A stretch of 64,000 nt of DNA, from contig JBNKHE010000003.1 in assembly GCA_050290185.1 (NCBI GenBank), forward strand, positions 270,729 through 334,728, in the 5' to 3' direction. Within the stretch, counting starts at the first letter, position 1; every line of letters begins with the position of its first letter. Both the position numbers and the translations under genes were made by a program. Under the pieces are notes generated by a model that was given only the letters and a program-made list of their open reading frames with translations, did no database searches and was not told where the DNA came from. This DNA comes from Pontiella sp. (GTDB lineage: Bacteria > Verrucomicrobiota > Kiritimatiellia > Kiritimatiellales > Pontiellaceae). This document shows positions 10,364-22,337 of the stretch, in pieces.

Positions 10364-11374
10364 ATGACGAACGATGAACAATACATGTTGCGGGCGATTG
10401 AGCTGGCGAAGCTGGGTGAGGGCCTGACCCGTCCGAATCCGCCCGTCGGTGCTGTGCTGGTATTGGAAGATCACGTCGTAGCCGAAGGATGGCACCACAA
10501 GGCCGGAGAGGCCCATGCCGAGCGGGATTGCCTTCGCAAGCTGCCGCCTATCGCCGCTTCGCTGAAGAATGCGACACTTTATGTGACGCTGGAACCCTGT
10601 TCCACGCATGGCCGCACGCCGCCGTGCACGGATCTGATTATGGAGAAGGGTATTGGACGCGTGGTGGTCGCTGCTATGGATCTGAATCCCAAACACGCAG
10701 GCCGGGGGCTGGAGATCCTTAAGGCGGCCGGTGTTGAAGTGGTTTCCGGGGTGTGCGCAACGCAAGGACGCGAACTGATCGCCCCGTTTGAAAAGTTCGT
10801 TACGACCGGTATGCCTTATGTAACGCTGAAACTGGCGTCAACCCTGGATGGCAGAATTGCCGACAGCGAAGGCGACTCGAAATGGATAACAGGTGCCGAA
10901 TCCCGCGAGCGCGTCCAGGAAATGCGGCGCCAGGCGGATGCCATCATGGTGGGCGCGGCGACCGTGCGCGCAGATGATCCTTCATTACTGCCGCGTCCTG
11001 CCGAGGGCCGAAACCCTTGGCGCGTCGTGGTTGGAAGAAATGTTCCCGCCGAGGCGAAGGTGCTGACGGATGAAGCCGCGGACCGCACTCTTGTGCGGGA
11101 AGGCTCTCTGAAGGAAATTCTGAAAGATCTGGCCGAAAACCACGATGTGATGCACGTGCTTTGCGAGGGTGGCGGTAAAATGGCTTCCGGTTTGGTCGAA
11201 GAGGGCCTTGTTGATGAGTTTGCCTTCTTCATCGCTCCGAAGCTGATGGGGGCGGATGGCCTGCCGAACTTCGGGAAGGTCGGCGGTCTGATCGGTCATA
11301 TCACTAATTTGAAATTCGCCTCGGTCGAAACGGTCGGCGAGGATGTATTGATTAAAGCAAAACCGGAGGGATAG
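10364..11374 (+). CDS. ribD: Riboflavin biosynthesis deaminase/reductase
   Basis: PNPPVG, HAE, TLEPCSTHGRTPPC, EGGG. Confidence 0.97.
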   Translation: MTNDEQYMLRAIELAKLGEGLTRPNPPVGAVLVLEDHVVAEGWHHKAGEAHAERDCLRKLPPIAASLKNATLYVTLEPCSTHGRTPPCTDLIMEKGIGRVVVAAMDLNPKHAGRGLEILKAAGVEVVSGVCATQGRELIAPFEKFVTTGMPYVTLKLASTLDGRIADSEGDSKWITGAESRERVQEMRRQADAIMVGAATVRADDPSLLPRPAEGRNPWRVVVGRNVPAEAKVLTDEAADRTLVREGSLKEILKDLAENHDVMHVLCEGGGKMASGLVEEGLVDEFAFFIAPKLMGADGLPNFGKVGGLIGHITNLKFASVETVGEDVLIKAKPEG

Positions 11375-11376
11375 GG

Positions 11377-12003
11377 ATGTTTACAGGAATTGTTCAACGA
11401 CTCGGCCATATTGTGGATATCAAGATGGAAGGTACCGCGGGGCGCATTACAATGCTCCCGAACCGGCCGTTTGACCGACCCGTGAATCTGGGCGACAGCA
11501 TTGCAGTGAACGGAACCTGCCTTACCGTTGCGGCAACAGACGGCGACAAGCTGATGTTTGATGTGCTTGGCGAAACCTTCGATAAAACCAATCTTGGCGA
11601 CAAGACGCCCGGTGATGTGGTGAATCTCGAACAGGCGCTGGCTCTTGGCGATACGCTGGGCGGGCATATTGTGACCGGCCATGTCGACAACACCGGCACC
11701 GTTGCCAAGGTCGAACAGGTCGGCCGCGATTGGAAGTTTACCATCGAATGCTCGCGCGACATGCTGATGCTGATGGTCTACAAAGGATCCATCGCGATCG
11801 ACGGAATCTCGCTGACCGTCGCCGAGCTGGTCGATAACGGCTTCATCGTCCACATCATTCCGCACACTATCCAGGAGACCGATATGTCGGAATTCAAGGT
11901 CGGTACGAAGGTTAATCTTGAAGCCGACATTCTCGGTAAGCACGTCCAGCGCATTCTCGAATTCGGCGGTGGCCAGGACTATCGACTCAACCTGAACGGA
12001 TAG
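11377..12003 (+). CDS. ribE: Riboflavin synthase (alpha chain)
   Basis: MFTGIV, GDSIAVNGTCLT, GGHIVTGHVD. Confidence 0.97.
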   Translation: MFTGIVQRLGHIVDIKMEGTAGRITMLPNRPFDRPVNLGDSIAVNGTCLTVAATDGDKLMFDVLGETFDKTNLGDKTPGDVVNLEQALALGDTLGGHIVTGHVDNTGTVAKVEQVGRDWKFTIECSRDMLMLMVYKGSIAIDGISLTVAELVDNGFIVHIIPHTIQETDMSEFKVGTKVNLEADILGKHVQRILEFGGGQDYRLNLNG

Positions 12004-12006
12004 ACT

Positions 12007-12759
12007 ATGCGTTTTCTTTTTGTCAGTCTGTTAGCGATGTCCATGATATGCGGTTGCCGGTCGACTACACCTGTTCAACCGCCTGGGCCACGGGAGAAGC
12101 AACTCTTTCTGGTAATCGACGATGCCGGGCTGGCGCTGGAGGAAACCCGGCAGTATCTTGATATTCCGGTACCCATGACGATTGCGGTGCTACCGCATCT
12201 GAAGGACACGGTTCTGGTTTGCAAGGAAATCAATCGCCACAGGGATAAGGAAATCATTCTCCATCAACCGATGGAAGCCCAGGATCCGACTAAGAAAACA
12301 GGGGACGGCGCAATTCTGAGTTCCACGCGGCCTACCCAGGTTGCTGCCATTCTTGATTGGAACCTGTCGTCGGTTCGAGGGGCCGTTGGCATGAACAACC
12401 ATATGGGTTCCAGGATCACAGAAAATCCGGTATTGATGCGTGAAGTATTGCGTTATTGCAAAGCCAACGGCCTTCTCTTTCTGGACAGCAAAACAGCGTA
12501 CAACTCGGTTGTGCCGCTCGTCGCCCGGCAGGAGCATGTGCACCTCGAACAGCGCGACAGTTTTCTCGACATCGAACATGACCGCGAATACATCCGTCGC
12601 ATGTGGTCGCAAGCCGTGGCGAAGGCCCAAAAAAACGGATACGTGATTGTGATTGGTCATGCGTGGTCGCCGGAGACGGCCGCAGCCATTCGCGATAGCT
12701 ATGAAACACTCCTGAACCAAGGGTATACCTTTCACCGGCTTTCGGAACTGTATCCATGA
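12007..12759 (+). CDS. Divergent polysaccharide deacetylase family lipoprotein
   Basis: LVIDDAG, HQPME, NNHMGS, FLDSKT, IGH; N-terminal lipobox-like Cys. Confidence 0.88.
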   Translation: MRFLFVSLLAMSMICGCRSTTPVQPPGPREKQLFLVIDDAGLALEETRQYLDIPVPMTIAVLPHLKDTVLVCKEINRHRDKEIILHQPMEAQDPTKKTGDGAILSSTRPTQVAAILDWNLSSVRGAVGMNNHMGSRITENPVLMREVLRYCKANGLLFLDSKTAYNSVVPLVARQEHVHLEQRDSFLDIEHDREYIRRMWSQAVAKAQKNGYVIVIGHAWSPETAAAIRDSYETLLNQGYTFHRLSELYP

Positions 12760-13619
12760 AGGCGAAACCCATACTAAACCGATCCGTGCTGGTTACCGGA
12801 TGTTCGTCGGGAATCGGCCTGGCCACGGCAGAGCTGTTGCGGTCCAAAGGTTGGACGGTATTCCCGACGGCCCGCAAGGTCGAGGATCTGGATATGCTCG
12901 AAGCAAAGGGGTTCACGGCCATCCAACTGGATGTGGCCTCGAGTGTTTCGATCGAGGCGGCAGTCGACCAGGTGCTTTTTACCAACGATGGTCAGCTCGG
13001 TGCGGTAGTGAATAATGCCGGCTTCGGTATGCCGGGCGCGATTCAGGATCTGAGCCGCGACGCGATGCGGAATCAGTTTGAAATCAACCTGTTTGGATTG
13101 CAGGAGCTGACCAACCGGTTGATTCCTGTTTTCCGTAATCAAGGTTGCGGTCGTATCGTAAATATCAGTTCGGTGGTGGGCCGGATTGCGCTGCCGTTTA
13201 TGGGTATCTATTCGGCCTCCAAGTTTGCCCTCGAAGCGGTCAGCGACGCCCAGCGCATTGAGCTTTTGCCAGATTCCATCAGCGTGTCTATTGTCGAACC
13301 CGGACCTATCCGCACTCGTTTTTCAACCAACTGCGCCGGCCAAGGCGAAAAGGGGCTTGATGCGGGTAATTCGCGGTTTGGTTCAGCGTACAAGCAGTAT
13401 TTCAAGAAGCGCCGTGACGGCGGAATGTCGGAAGACCGTTTTCGCCTGCCGCCGGAAGCCGTAGCTAAAAAGATTCTGCATGCCCTGGAATCGCCACGCC
13501 CAAAGATTCGCTATTGTGTAACCATTCCGGCTTATCTTGGCAGCTGGGCCGCACATTTTGTTCCGGCAGGCCTGATCGACCGCCAGATGATCGGCCATGT
13601 GAAAAAACGCTTCGGCTGA
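12756..13619 (+). CDS. SDR-family oxidoreductase
   Basis: TGCSSGIG, NNAG, YSASK. Confidence 0.92.
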   Translation: MKAKPILNRSVLVTGCSSGIGLATAELLRSKGWTVFPTARKVEDLDMLEAKGFTAIQLDVASSVSIEAAVDQVLFTNDGQLGAVVNNAGFGMPGAIQDLSRDAMRNQFEINLFGLQELTNRLIPVFRNQGCGRIVNISSVVGRIALPFMGIYSASKFALEAVSDAQRIELLPDSISVSIVEPGPIRTRFSTNCAGQGEKGLDAGNSRFGSAYKQYFKKRRDGGMSEDRFRLPPEAVAKKILHALESPRPKIRYCVTIPAYLGSWAAHFVPAGLIDRQMIGHVKKRFG

Positions 13620-13684
13620 ACACAGGCTTGGATTTGCACGGTTTATGCTTACAATGTCTCCAGTTCAACAGGAGCTTGTATCCG

Positions 13685-14236
13685 ATGAAATACATCTGTG
13701 CGCTTATAGCATCCGTCGCCTTGCTTTCCGGTTGTTCCGTTGTATCGGTCAGCCGCGACTACGACCCTTCCGCTGATTTTTCCTCGCTGAGCACCTATGC
13801 ATGGAAATACGAAAAACAGCCTGTGACGGGCAATCCACGCATCGATAACGATCTGGTGGACCAGCGAGTCCGCGCGGCTGTCGATGCTGAGCTGGAAGCC
13901 AAGGGATTTGAGCGCGCCGAAAGGTCCAATGCTGATTGTCTGGTCGCATACTTCATCGAATACAAACGTCGGATCAGCGGTAATACCTGGGTGTTCGGTC
14001 TTGGATCAGGCATGTATGACGGCTATGGCGGCATCGGTTACAACACCGCCATATCCGACTATGACGAGGGGTTCCTGACCATTGATGTCATTGACCGACC
14101 GCTCGATAAAACCATCTGGCGCGGTGTCGGCCAGCGAGCCACGTATGAAGCAGAAGATCCCGGCAGGGTCACGGAAATCATCGGCAAGGCCGTTTCGCGG
14201 ATTCTTGCCGACTTTCCACCGAAGGGGCGGAAATAA
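13685..14236 (+). CDS. DUF4136-like lipoprotein
   Basis: LLSGC lipobox, DYDPSADFSSLSTYAW, EGFLTIDVID..IWRG. Confidence 0.75.
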   Translation: MKYICALIASVALLSGCSVVSVSRDYDPSADFSSLSTYAWKYEKQPVTGNPRIDNDLVDQRVRAAVDAELEAKGFERAERSNADCLVAYFIEYKRRISGNTWVFGLGSGMYDGYGGIGYNTAISDYDEGFLTIDVIDRPLDKTIWRGVGQRATYEAEDPGRVTEIIGKAVSRILADFPPKGRK

Positions 14237-15376
14237 TTATCTGCGGGCGTTGGCGATATGCTTGAGCATGCTGCTGCCGCGCTCCGGGTCGACCCTGGAC
14301 AGCTCTTTGGCTTCGCGCTCGGCGGAATCCCACTTCTGCTGCTGAAGGTAACTGTAGGAGAGCAGATAGCGGGCATCCGCGTAGGACGGATCAAGGGACA
14401 AGGCCTGTCTGCATGCTTCCTGTACCTTGGCATAATCAGACAAATTAAAGCTGGCCATTCCTGTGCGGTAGTAGGCGTCCTTTCGGCTTGGATCGGCCAC
14501 AACCGCTTGCTGATATTGGGCAAGTGCCGCAGCGTATTTCTTTTCCCCGTAGAGCCGGTCGCCTTCCTTCATGAATTTTACGGCGTCTTCCGGGTTGGAT
14601 GACGATGCGGCTGTTCCTGAACCATCCAGCCGGGCGATGGCGTTCCGGGCCGCTTCGGCGTGGCTGCCTGACCCTCCGGCTTTCCGGACATAGGCCTGAT
14701 AGTATTGAAGCGCTGCATCCTTGTCGTGCAACCATTGTTCGTGAATAACCCCCAGGTTGTACAGGGCGGGAGCATAGTCGGGATCGGCCAGCGTAATTTT
14801 CTTAAGACGGCTGATGACCTGTGCGCTGCCCTGGCCATGATTCAGCTCCGCGAGGGCGAGGGCATTTTGTGCTGCCGGATCATTCGGGGTGGCGGCGACT
14901 GCTTCTGCCATAATGCGCGTCGATTGGGCCCAGTCCCGTTTTTTGGCTGCAATCAGGCTTTTCAAGGCAAGGGCGGTTTTGTTCTTCGGATTTTCCCCGA
15001 GATACATGTTGATCGATTTTAAGGCCCCATCAAAATCATCCGAATGGAATTGGGCCATGGCCAGATTCAACCGTGCGTCTGTAATCGTCTCGGATAACGC
15101 GCAGGCATCGTCGAAGGCTGCCGCCGCTGCCTTCGGCTCATCCAGTTGCCAAAGCACCAGTCCGAGCTTGTTGAAGGCCATCGATTTCCGGACGTTTCCC
15201 GAGAGACGTCCCGTCGCTTTTTCGAGCAGCGCACGCGCCTGGACCAGATCGCCCTCGTCCCATGCCTGGATGGCCTTGCTGTATTCCTTCTCGCCGGAGC
15301 GGCCGCCGCAGCCCACAAACATCGCGAGTACGAGCAACAGGCCCGACCCGATAATCAAAATCCTGTTTTTCTTCAT
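14237..15376 (-). CDS. TPR-repeat lipoprotein
   Basis: FVGC lipobox; repeated TPR helices (ALYNLG, AYYRTG). Confidence 0.85.
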   Translation of the reverse strand: MKKNRILIIGSGLLLVLAMFVGCGGRSGEKEYSKAIQAWDEGDLVQARALLEKATGRLSGNVRKSMAFNKLGLVLWQLDEPKAAAAAFDDACALSETITDARLNLAMAQFHSDDFDGALKSINMYLGENPKNKTALALKSLIAAKKRDWAQSTRIMAEAVAATPNDPAAQNALALAELNHGQGSAQVISRLKKITLADPDYAPALYNLGVIHEQWLHDKDAALQYYQAYVRKAGGSGSHAEAARNAIARLDGSGTAASSSNPEDAVKFMKEGDRLYGEKKYAAALAQYQQAVVADPSRKDAYYRTGMASFNLSDYAKVQEACRQALSLDPSYADARYLLSYSYLQQQKWDSAEREAKELSRVDPERGSSMLKHIANARR

Positions 15377-15771
15377 GATGCAGAAATTCCTTTAACCCAC
15401 ACCTGTCGGCTGCGGGGTCCATCAAATTCACAAAAATAGAGGCTTTGCCATGTGCCCAGTTGCAGCTTCCCATCGGAAATAATCACCTGGGCGGACGAGC
15501 CCATCATACTGGCCTTCACATGGGCCGCCGTATTGCCCTCGAAATGGCTGTAACCCCCGTTCCAGGGAACCACCCGATCCAGGACCAGCTCCATATCCGC
15601 CGTGACGTCCGGGTCGGCGTTTTCGTTGATCGTTACGCCGGCGGTTGTATGGGGGATAAAAACTGTTACAATGCCCTCTGAAATGCCACATTCCTGAATC
15701 ATTTCGTTTACTTGCCGGTCAATTTTAACAAAGTCGGTCCGGGCTCGGGTTTGTATGCTGAAGCTCCTCAT
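15373..15771 (-). CDS. yjbQ: YjbQ/UPF0047 secondary thiamine-phosphate synthase family
   Basis: PHTTAGVTINENADPDV, LGTWQ, EFDGPR. Confidence 0.93.
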   Translation of the reverse strand: MRSFSIQTRARTDFVKIDRQVNEMIQECGISEGIVTVFIPHTTAGVTINENADPDVTADMELVLDRVVPWNGGYSHFEGNTAAHVKASMMGSSAQVIISDGKLQLGTWQSLYFCEFDGPRSRQVWVKGISAS

Positions 15772-15907
15772 GGGCAGACACCATATCCGAACCCCGCAGA
15801 TTTTGAAGCGGAAAGTTTCCGACTCGATGAAAAAAGTCGGGACAGGCTTCCATTCCTGTGGATTGAAGGCATAAAATGCAAATCGATTTTATGGAGGAAC
15901 TCTCATT

Positions 15908-17176
15908 TTGCAGTTTATTGCGAATCACATCCTAACACTTGCAACCATGGCACTCCTGCTGTGTTTGTCGGGCTTCTTTTCCGGAACGGAATCCGCCCTT
16001 TTTTCATTGAGCCGCAACCAGATCCGGAAGCTCAGAAACGACGGGCATCAGGTTGAAAAACTGCTGGCTTTGCTCGCTGACAATCCATCGGGACTGCTGG
16101 TGGCTATTCTTTTCGGGAATCTGGTGGTCAATATCCTCTTCTTCTCGATCAGTGCCGTGTTGAGTATCGAAATTGCATCGATATATGGCGATTGGTATCA
16201 GGCTGCCATCGGTGTTTCCGTACTGTTACTGGTCATTCTGGTGGGGGAAATCCTGCCCAAGGCGGTCGGCATATCATTTCCTGAACGCATCGCGAAGCTC
16301 AACTCCCGGCCGTTGCTGGGATGGTTTCATTTTATGGGGCCGGTCCGGCGGGTACTGGAAATCATTACCAACCGCATGGAGCCGGCTGACCAGCACGACC
16401 ACCGCCTCGGGGCAGACGAACTGAGGATGTTGATCGATGCCACTCACCATGACCCGACCTTTGGCAAACAGGAAAAGGCCATTATTGAAGACATTGTCAC
16501 GCTCCCCGAAATCCGCGTGCGGGAAATCATGGTTCCGCGGGTGAAACAGTTGTTTCGCCGTGTGGATGCCCCGGCGGGTGAAGCGTTGGCGGAGGCTTGT
16601 GAACAGCAGATCGAGCTGATTCCGGTTTACGAGGACGAAGAAGATAATATTGTCGGGGTGGTGGAGACGCGCAGTCTTTTTGTGGATGGCGATCCGGCCC
16701 GGCCGCTTTCCGACTTTACCCTCCCGGTAAGGTTTGTTCCGGAGACCAAGCGTGCAGATGAGATGCTTCAGGAATTTCTCGACGATGAATTGCGTCTGGT
16801 TTGCGTGGTCGACGAATATGGAGGGCTGGCGGGAACGGTATGTCTGGAAGACCTGTTGGAAGAGGTGGTCGGAGAGTTTGATGTGATGGAGGCCCCGCCG
16901 GTCGAACAGCTCGGGGAGTCCATCTACCGGTTGCAAGGCAGTCTGGGTATTCGTGAATGGCGCAGTCTTTTTGTGGGCTATCTCCCGCGCGAAATGATGC
17001 AGGATCTTGCCCTGGACACGGTGAGCGGGCTCGTGGTGTCGATCCTGAAGCGATTGCCAAAGGCCGGCGATGTTGCCGTGGTGGGAAGCCTGCGTTTTAC
17101 CGTCGAACAAGTGCGGTCAAACCGCATTGAAAGCGTTCGTTTGGAACTGGTGGACTCCAACGGGGGAGAATCGTGA
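15908..17176 (+). CDS. CNNM/hemolysin-family (DUF21-CBS-CorC) transporter
   Basis: FFSGTESA, GEILPK, IMVPR, VVDEYGG. Confidence 0.9.
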   Translation: MQFIANHILTLATMALLLCLSGFFSGTESALFSLSRNQIRKLRNDGHQVEKLLALLADNPSGLLVAILFGNLVVNILFFSISAVLSIEIASIYGDWYQAAIGVSVLLLVILVGEILPKAVGISFPERIAKLNSRPLLGWFHFMGPVRRVLEIITNRMEPADQHDHRLGADELRMLIDATHHDPTFGKQEKAIIEDIVTLPEIRVREIMVPRVKQLFRRVDAPAGEALAEACEQQIELIPVYEDEEDNIVGVVETRSLFVDGDPARPLSDFTLPVRFVPETKRADEMLQEFLDDELRLVCVVDEYGGLAGTVCLEDLLEEVVGEFDVMEAPPVEQLGESIYRLQGSLGIREWRSLFVGYLPREMMQDLALDTVSGLVVSILKRLPKAGDVAVVGSLRFTVEQVRSNRIESVRLELVDSNGGES

Positions 17177-18159
17177 ACTCGATCATGATCCTTGTTTTTG
17201 GATTCCTGTTCTGCTCGTTGTTTTCCGGTGCTGAAACCGGCAGCTACATGGTGAACCGCATCCGCCTGCGCCATCGGGAGCGGGAGCGTCACCAGTCGGC
17301 CAGGGCGCTCTCCCGGTTATTGGAATATCCCTATATTTTTGTCTATACCATGCTCATCGGCAACAATGTCGCCGTGTTTCTGGTGTCCGCCGAAGTGACC
17401 GATCTGTACCTTAAGGCCGGCTTGGGGGAGACTCGTATGCTGCTCGGTTTCATTCCGTGGACCGCCGAAGTGGCCGCCACCCTCACGTTAATGTTTCCGT
17501 TGTTTTTGTTTGCCGAGCTGTTGCCGAAAAACCTGTTTCGCAAGAAGGCCGACACCCTCATGTATCGTTTGTCCGGATTGCTGCGGGTCATTGTGCTTGC
17601 GCTGCTTCCGGTTACATGGCCCCTCAAGCAACTGTTCCGCTTTCTGACCCATGGAGCCGACAGCGCGGCCGGGCGGGATTTGCACCGTCTTTCTCCCGAC
17701 GCCCTTCGCGAGTATTTTTCGGCGGGGGAAAAGGAGGGGGTGATTTCGTCGCACCAAACCCGGATGCTGGCCAATGTCACATCCATGCACCGCGTGCCGA
17801 TACGCGAACTGATGACTCCGCTTAAGGATATTCCCCGGCTGCCGGATACGGCCACCGTAGCCGATTTCAAGCGTCTGATTGATCGCCGGGGAAGCACCTA
17901 CGCCATCATGGTTCATCGGCATGCGATCGTGGGGCTGGTTTCAATGTTCAGGCTTATTGAGCGGCGTTTGGACGACAGCGAGCCCCTAAAGAACTACGCG
18001 GAGGATTTGCTGAGACTGCCGGAAACGCGAAACCTGAAATCGGCTTTCTATCGTCTCCGCCGCAATCCGCGCCAAAGTGCCGTCGTCGTTGATGTACACA
18101 ACCATCCCGTTGGATTTATCCAGCTCGAGGACGTTGCCCGCTACATTGCGAAACAGTAG
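17173..18159 (+). CDS. CNNM (DUF21-CBS) protein, tandem paralog
   Basis: FSGAETG, LIGNN, AELLPK; CBS pair; 4-nt overlap with upstream gene. Confidence 0.85.
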   Translation: MNSIMILVFGFLFCSLFSGAETGSYMVNRIRLRHRERERHQSARALSRLLEYPYIFVYTMLIGNNVAVFLVSAEVTDLYLKAGLGETRMLLGFIPWTAEVAATLTLMFPLFLFAELLPKNLFRKKADTLMYRLSGLLRVIVLALLPVTWPLKQLFRFLTHGADSAAGRDLHRLSPDALREYFSAGEKEGVISSHQTRMLANVTSMHRVPIRELMTPLKDIPRLPDTATVADFKRLIDRRGSTYAIMVHRHAIVGLVSMFRLIERRLDDSEPLKNYAEDLLRLPETRNLKSAFYRLRRNPRQSAVVVDVHNHPVGFIQLEDVARYIAKQ

Positions 18160-18933
18160 CTATTCTTCCGGGCCGGGCAGTTTTTCAATCGGAAGCCACT
18201 CGAGTATTCGTTGGATGTAGCGGTCCGCGAAGCTCCATTCGTGACCGCCTTCGCCTTCCTCATAGGTGACGTGCAAGCCGGCATTGACGGCCGCATCGCA
18301 AAACGTGATCGAATCCTGGTACAGGTAGTCGTCTGTGCCGACGCAGACGTAGAACCGCGTTTCCGGAACAACATGAAGTTGCTCCAGCTGGGTAATGAGA
18401 TCGGTTTCGGAGCCGGCAATATGGGCAATATCGCCAAAGACGGCCTGGTAGCTTCGCATACGCGATTCACTCCAGTCGTCCTCCAGATGGGCGCAAAGAT
18501 CAAGTGCTCCGAAAATTGAGGCGGCCGCGGCATATTGACCGGGATTGCCCAGGGCCAGTTTGATTGCTCCGTATCCTCCCATCGACATGCCGGCCACGAA
18601 TGTTTTTCTCCGGTCGTCGGACACCTTGAACCAGCGCTTCACGAGCACCGGAAGTTCATCGGAAAAAAACCTCCAGTAATCAGAGCCATGAGTCATGTTG
18701 CAATAAAAACTCTTGTAGGCATCAGGCATCACCACCGCGAGGTTGTAGTCGCTGGCATAGCGCTCGATGGAGGTCCGGCGGCTCCAGATCGTATGGTCAT
18801 CAGAGAATCCGTGCAGCAGGTAAAGCACCGCCGGTGGTTCCTGCCATGCATCCGGATGCTCGGGGAGGATGATGTTCATGCCCAGCGAGAGATCGAGGAT
18901 TTGGGAATCGAATCGGGTTTCGATCAAGGCCAT
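18160..18933 (-). CDS. Alpha/beta-hydrolase esterase (tributyrin esterase-like)
   Basis: YLLHG, GMSMGG nucleophile elbow, GGHEW. Confidence 0.9.
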   Translation of the reverse strand: MALIETRFDSQILDLSLGMNIILPEHPDAWQEPPAVLYLLHGFSDDHTIWSRRTSIERYASDYNLAVVMPDAYKSFYCNMTHGSDYWRFFSDELPVLVKRWFKVSDDRRKTFVAGMSMGGYGAIKLALGNPGQYAAAASIFGALDLCAHLEDDWSESRMRSYQAVFGDIAHIAGSETDLITQLEQLHVVPETRFYVCVGTDDYLYQDSITFCDAAVNAGLHVTYEEGEGGHEWSFADRYIQRILEWLPIEKLPGPEE

Positions 18934-19046
18934 GTCGTTACTCCTGAATCAGCGCCTATCTGCTGTTTGATTAAGCCCGATTAAAACGGATTGAATAGTC
19001 TCTTTCCAAACATATTTGAATTATATACCTTGCGAAACGAGGTTAT

Positions 19047-20021
19047 ATGCATCCAATTACCAGAAAGCTGTTTCTCTACCACATCGTCTTGCTAGCAGGA
19101 TGTAGCACCACCACCAAAGTGGAGGCGTTGCCGTCACCGCGCGGGACGGTATCGTTATCGTACATCGCCCGGCTTTATACCATGCGGCTGTCAAAATCCG
19201 GCAAAAAGATGCGGCTCGAAAATAAATGGAACCACATTGAATTCGAAACGAACAGCCGGCGCGCATGGATCAACGGGGTTATGTTCTGGCTGCACCATCC
19301 CTGCCGGAGAAGCGGAAACAACTGGGCCATTCAGGAGGCCGACTTTAAAAAAGGGATCGATCCGGTATTGCGGGCCTATGCCTATGTGCCGAAGCGGATA
19401 CCAAAAGTTGTGGTCATAGATCCGGGGCATGGCGGCAAGGATACGGGAGCCATCGGCCCGAGTAAAATCTACGAGAAAAACGTCGTGCTTGATATTTCCC
19501 ATCGGGTACGGAAGCTCCTCGAAGCCCGGAAGATCGCAGTGCGGATGACACGAACCGACGACACCTATCCCACGCTGGATCAGCGTTCGGACTTTGCCTA
19601 CAAGGTTTCAGCCGACCTGTTTGTGAGCATACACGCCGATGCCGCCGATCCGAGCGCTGCCGGTGTGGAAACCTTTATCACTTCGCTCGAAGGCGGGGAG
19701 TCGAGCAACCATTACGGACAAGGTGGCGATATCTTTGCCGTCAAGAACAACCAGTACGATGCCGCCAATGCGGTGCTGGGTTTTTCCCTTCAGAGTAACC
19801 ATGTCAAGGCATCGAAACGGAGTGACCGTGGTTTGCGGCGGGCCCGTTACTCGGTTCTCCGGAATGCACCCTGTCCTGCGGCACTCGTTGAATGCGGTTT
19901 TATCACCAATCCCTCGGAAGAGACCTTGCTCAACAGCGCCAGCTACCGCGAAAATGTCGCCCGCGGGATCGCAAACGGGATTTTGGGATATATCACGCTC
20001 ATTCAGCGTTCCCGCAAATAA
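19047..20021 (+). CDS. N-acetylmuramoyl-L-alanine amidase (Amidase_3)
   Basis: IDPGHGG, EK, FVSIHAD, LVECGF. Confidence 0.93.
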   Translation: MHPITRKLFLYHIVLLAGCSTTTKVEALPSPRGTVSLSYIARLYTMRLSKSGKKMRLENKWNHIEFETNSRRAWINGVMFWLHHPCRRSGNNWAIQEADFKKGIDPVLRAYAYVPKRIPKVVVIDPGHGGKDTGAIGPSKIYEKNVVLDISHRVRKLLEARKIAVRMTRTDDTYPTLDQRSDFAYKVSADLFVSIHADAADPSAAGVETFITSLEGGESSNHYGQGGDIFAVKNNQYDAANAVLGFSLQSNHVKASKRSDRGLRRARYSVLRNAPCPAALVECGFITNPSEETLLNSASYRENVARGIANGILGYITLIQRSRK

Positions 20022-20093
20022 TCCGGACGCCTCATACGGGTTTCCGCCCGAATTGGATTGCAACCCGACCGTTTTCGGGTAGCGTGCATTTTT

Positions 20094-20177
20094 GTTCGCT
20101 GGGGGAGCGGTCCGGAAGGACGGCTGAGATGAAAACCCTTGGAACCTGAGCAGGTCATGCTGCAAAGGGAAGCGATA
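20094..20177 (+). promoter_or_regulatory. TPP riboswitch
   Basis: TCGCT-GGGG...GCTGAGA...ACCC..GAACCTGA...AGGGA-AGCGA upstream of thiC. Confidence 0.9.
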
Positions 20178-20227
20178 TGGCCTTCCTTCAAGTTTCCGTT
20201 TGGCGAACGATTAACGAATAACCATAA

Positions 20228-21853
<1,626 letters not shown>

Positions 21854-21884
21854 AAATCGATGCTAATTTCCATAAACAGAGGCA

Positions 21885-22217
21885 ATGATGAAGGGTTTTG
21901 ACGATCTCGATATAGTTTTTTCGACCGAAAGAGGCCGCATTAAGCCGGAAAAGGCAAAGCCGGAGACGCCAAAGGGGGATGGCGTGGTTCGGGTGGGACG
22001 CGAAACCAAAGGCCGCAAGGGCAAGGGAATGACCGTGATCACGGGCGTTCAGCTCCATCCTGAAGGATTGAAGGACTTGGCCCGAAAACTGAAACAAAAA
22101 TGCGGAACGGGCGGTACCATTAAGGGACAAACGATTGAGATTCAGGGCGATCATCGCGATTTGTTGGTTGCAGAACTTCAATCCATGGGGTATGCCGTAA
22201 GGAAATCGGGGGGATAA
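21885..22217 (+). CDS. yciH: SUI1-family translation factor YciH
   Basis: GRKGKGMTVI, LKQKCGTGG, IEIQGDH. Confidence 0.92.
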   Translation: MMKGFDDLDIVFSTERGRIKPEKAKPETPKGDGVVRVGRETKGRKGKGMTVITGVQLHPEGLKDLARKLKQKCGTGGTIKGQTIEIQGDHRDLLVAELQSMGYAVRKSGG

Positions 22218-22337
22218 GTGCTGGCTAATCGGGCAGTCCTTCCGTAAGTTTCTTATCCCTGAACAAAGGGCAATCGCCCTCCCGCTGAGGCGTGAAGGAA
22301 TGCACGGGAACTTTCATGTGCACATGATAAAGAACAG

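Noticed and set aside
15908..18159. Tandem CNNM/DUF21 genes as a novel system
   Set aside because: Paired DUF21-CBS genes are a common arrangement
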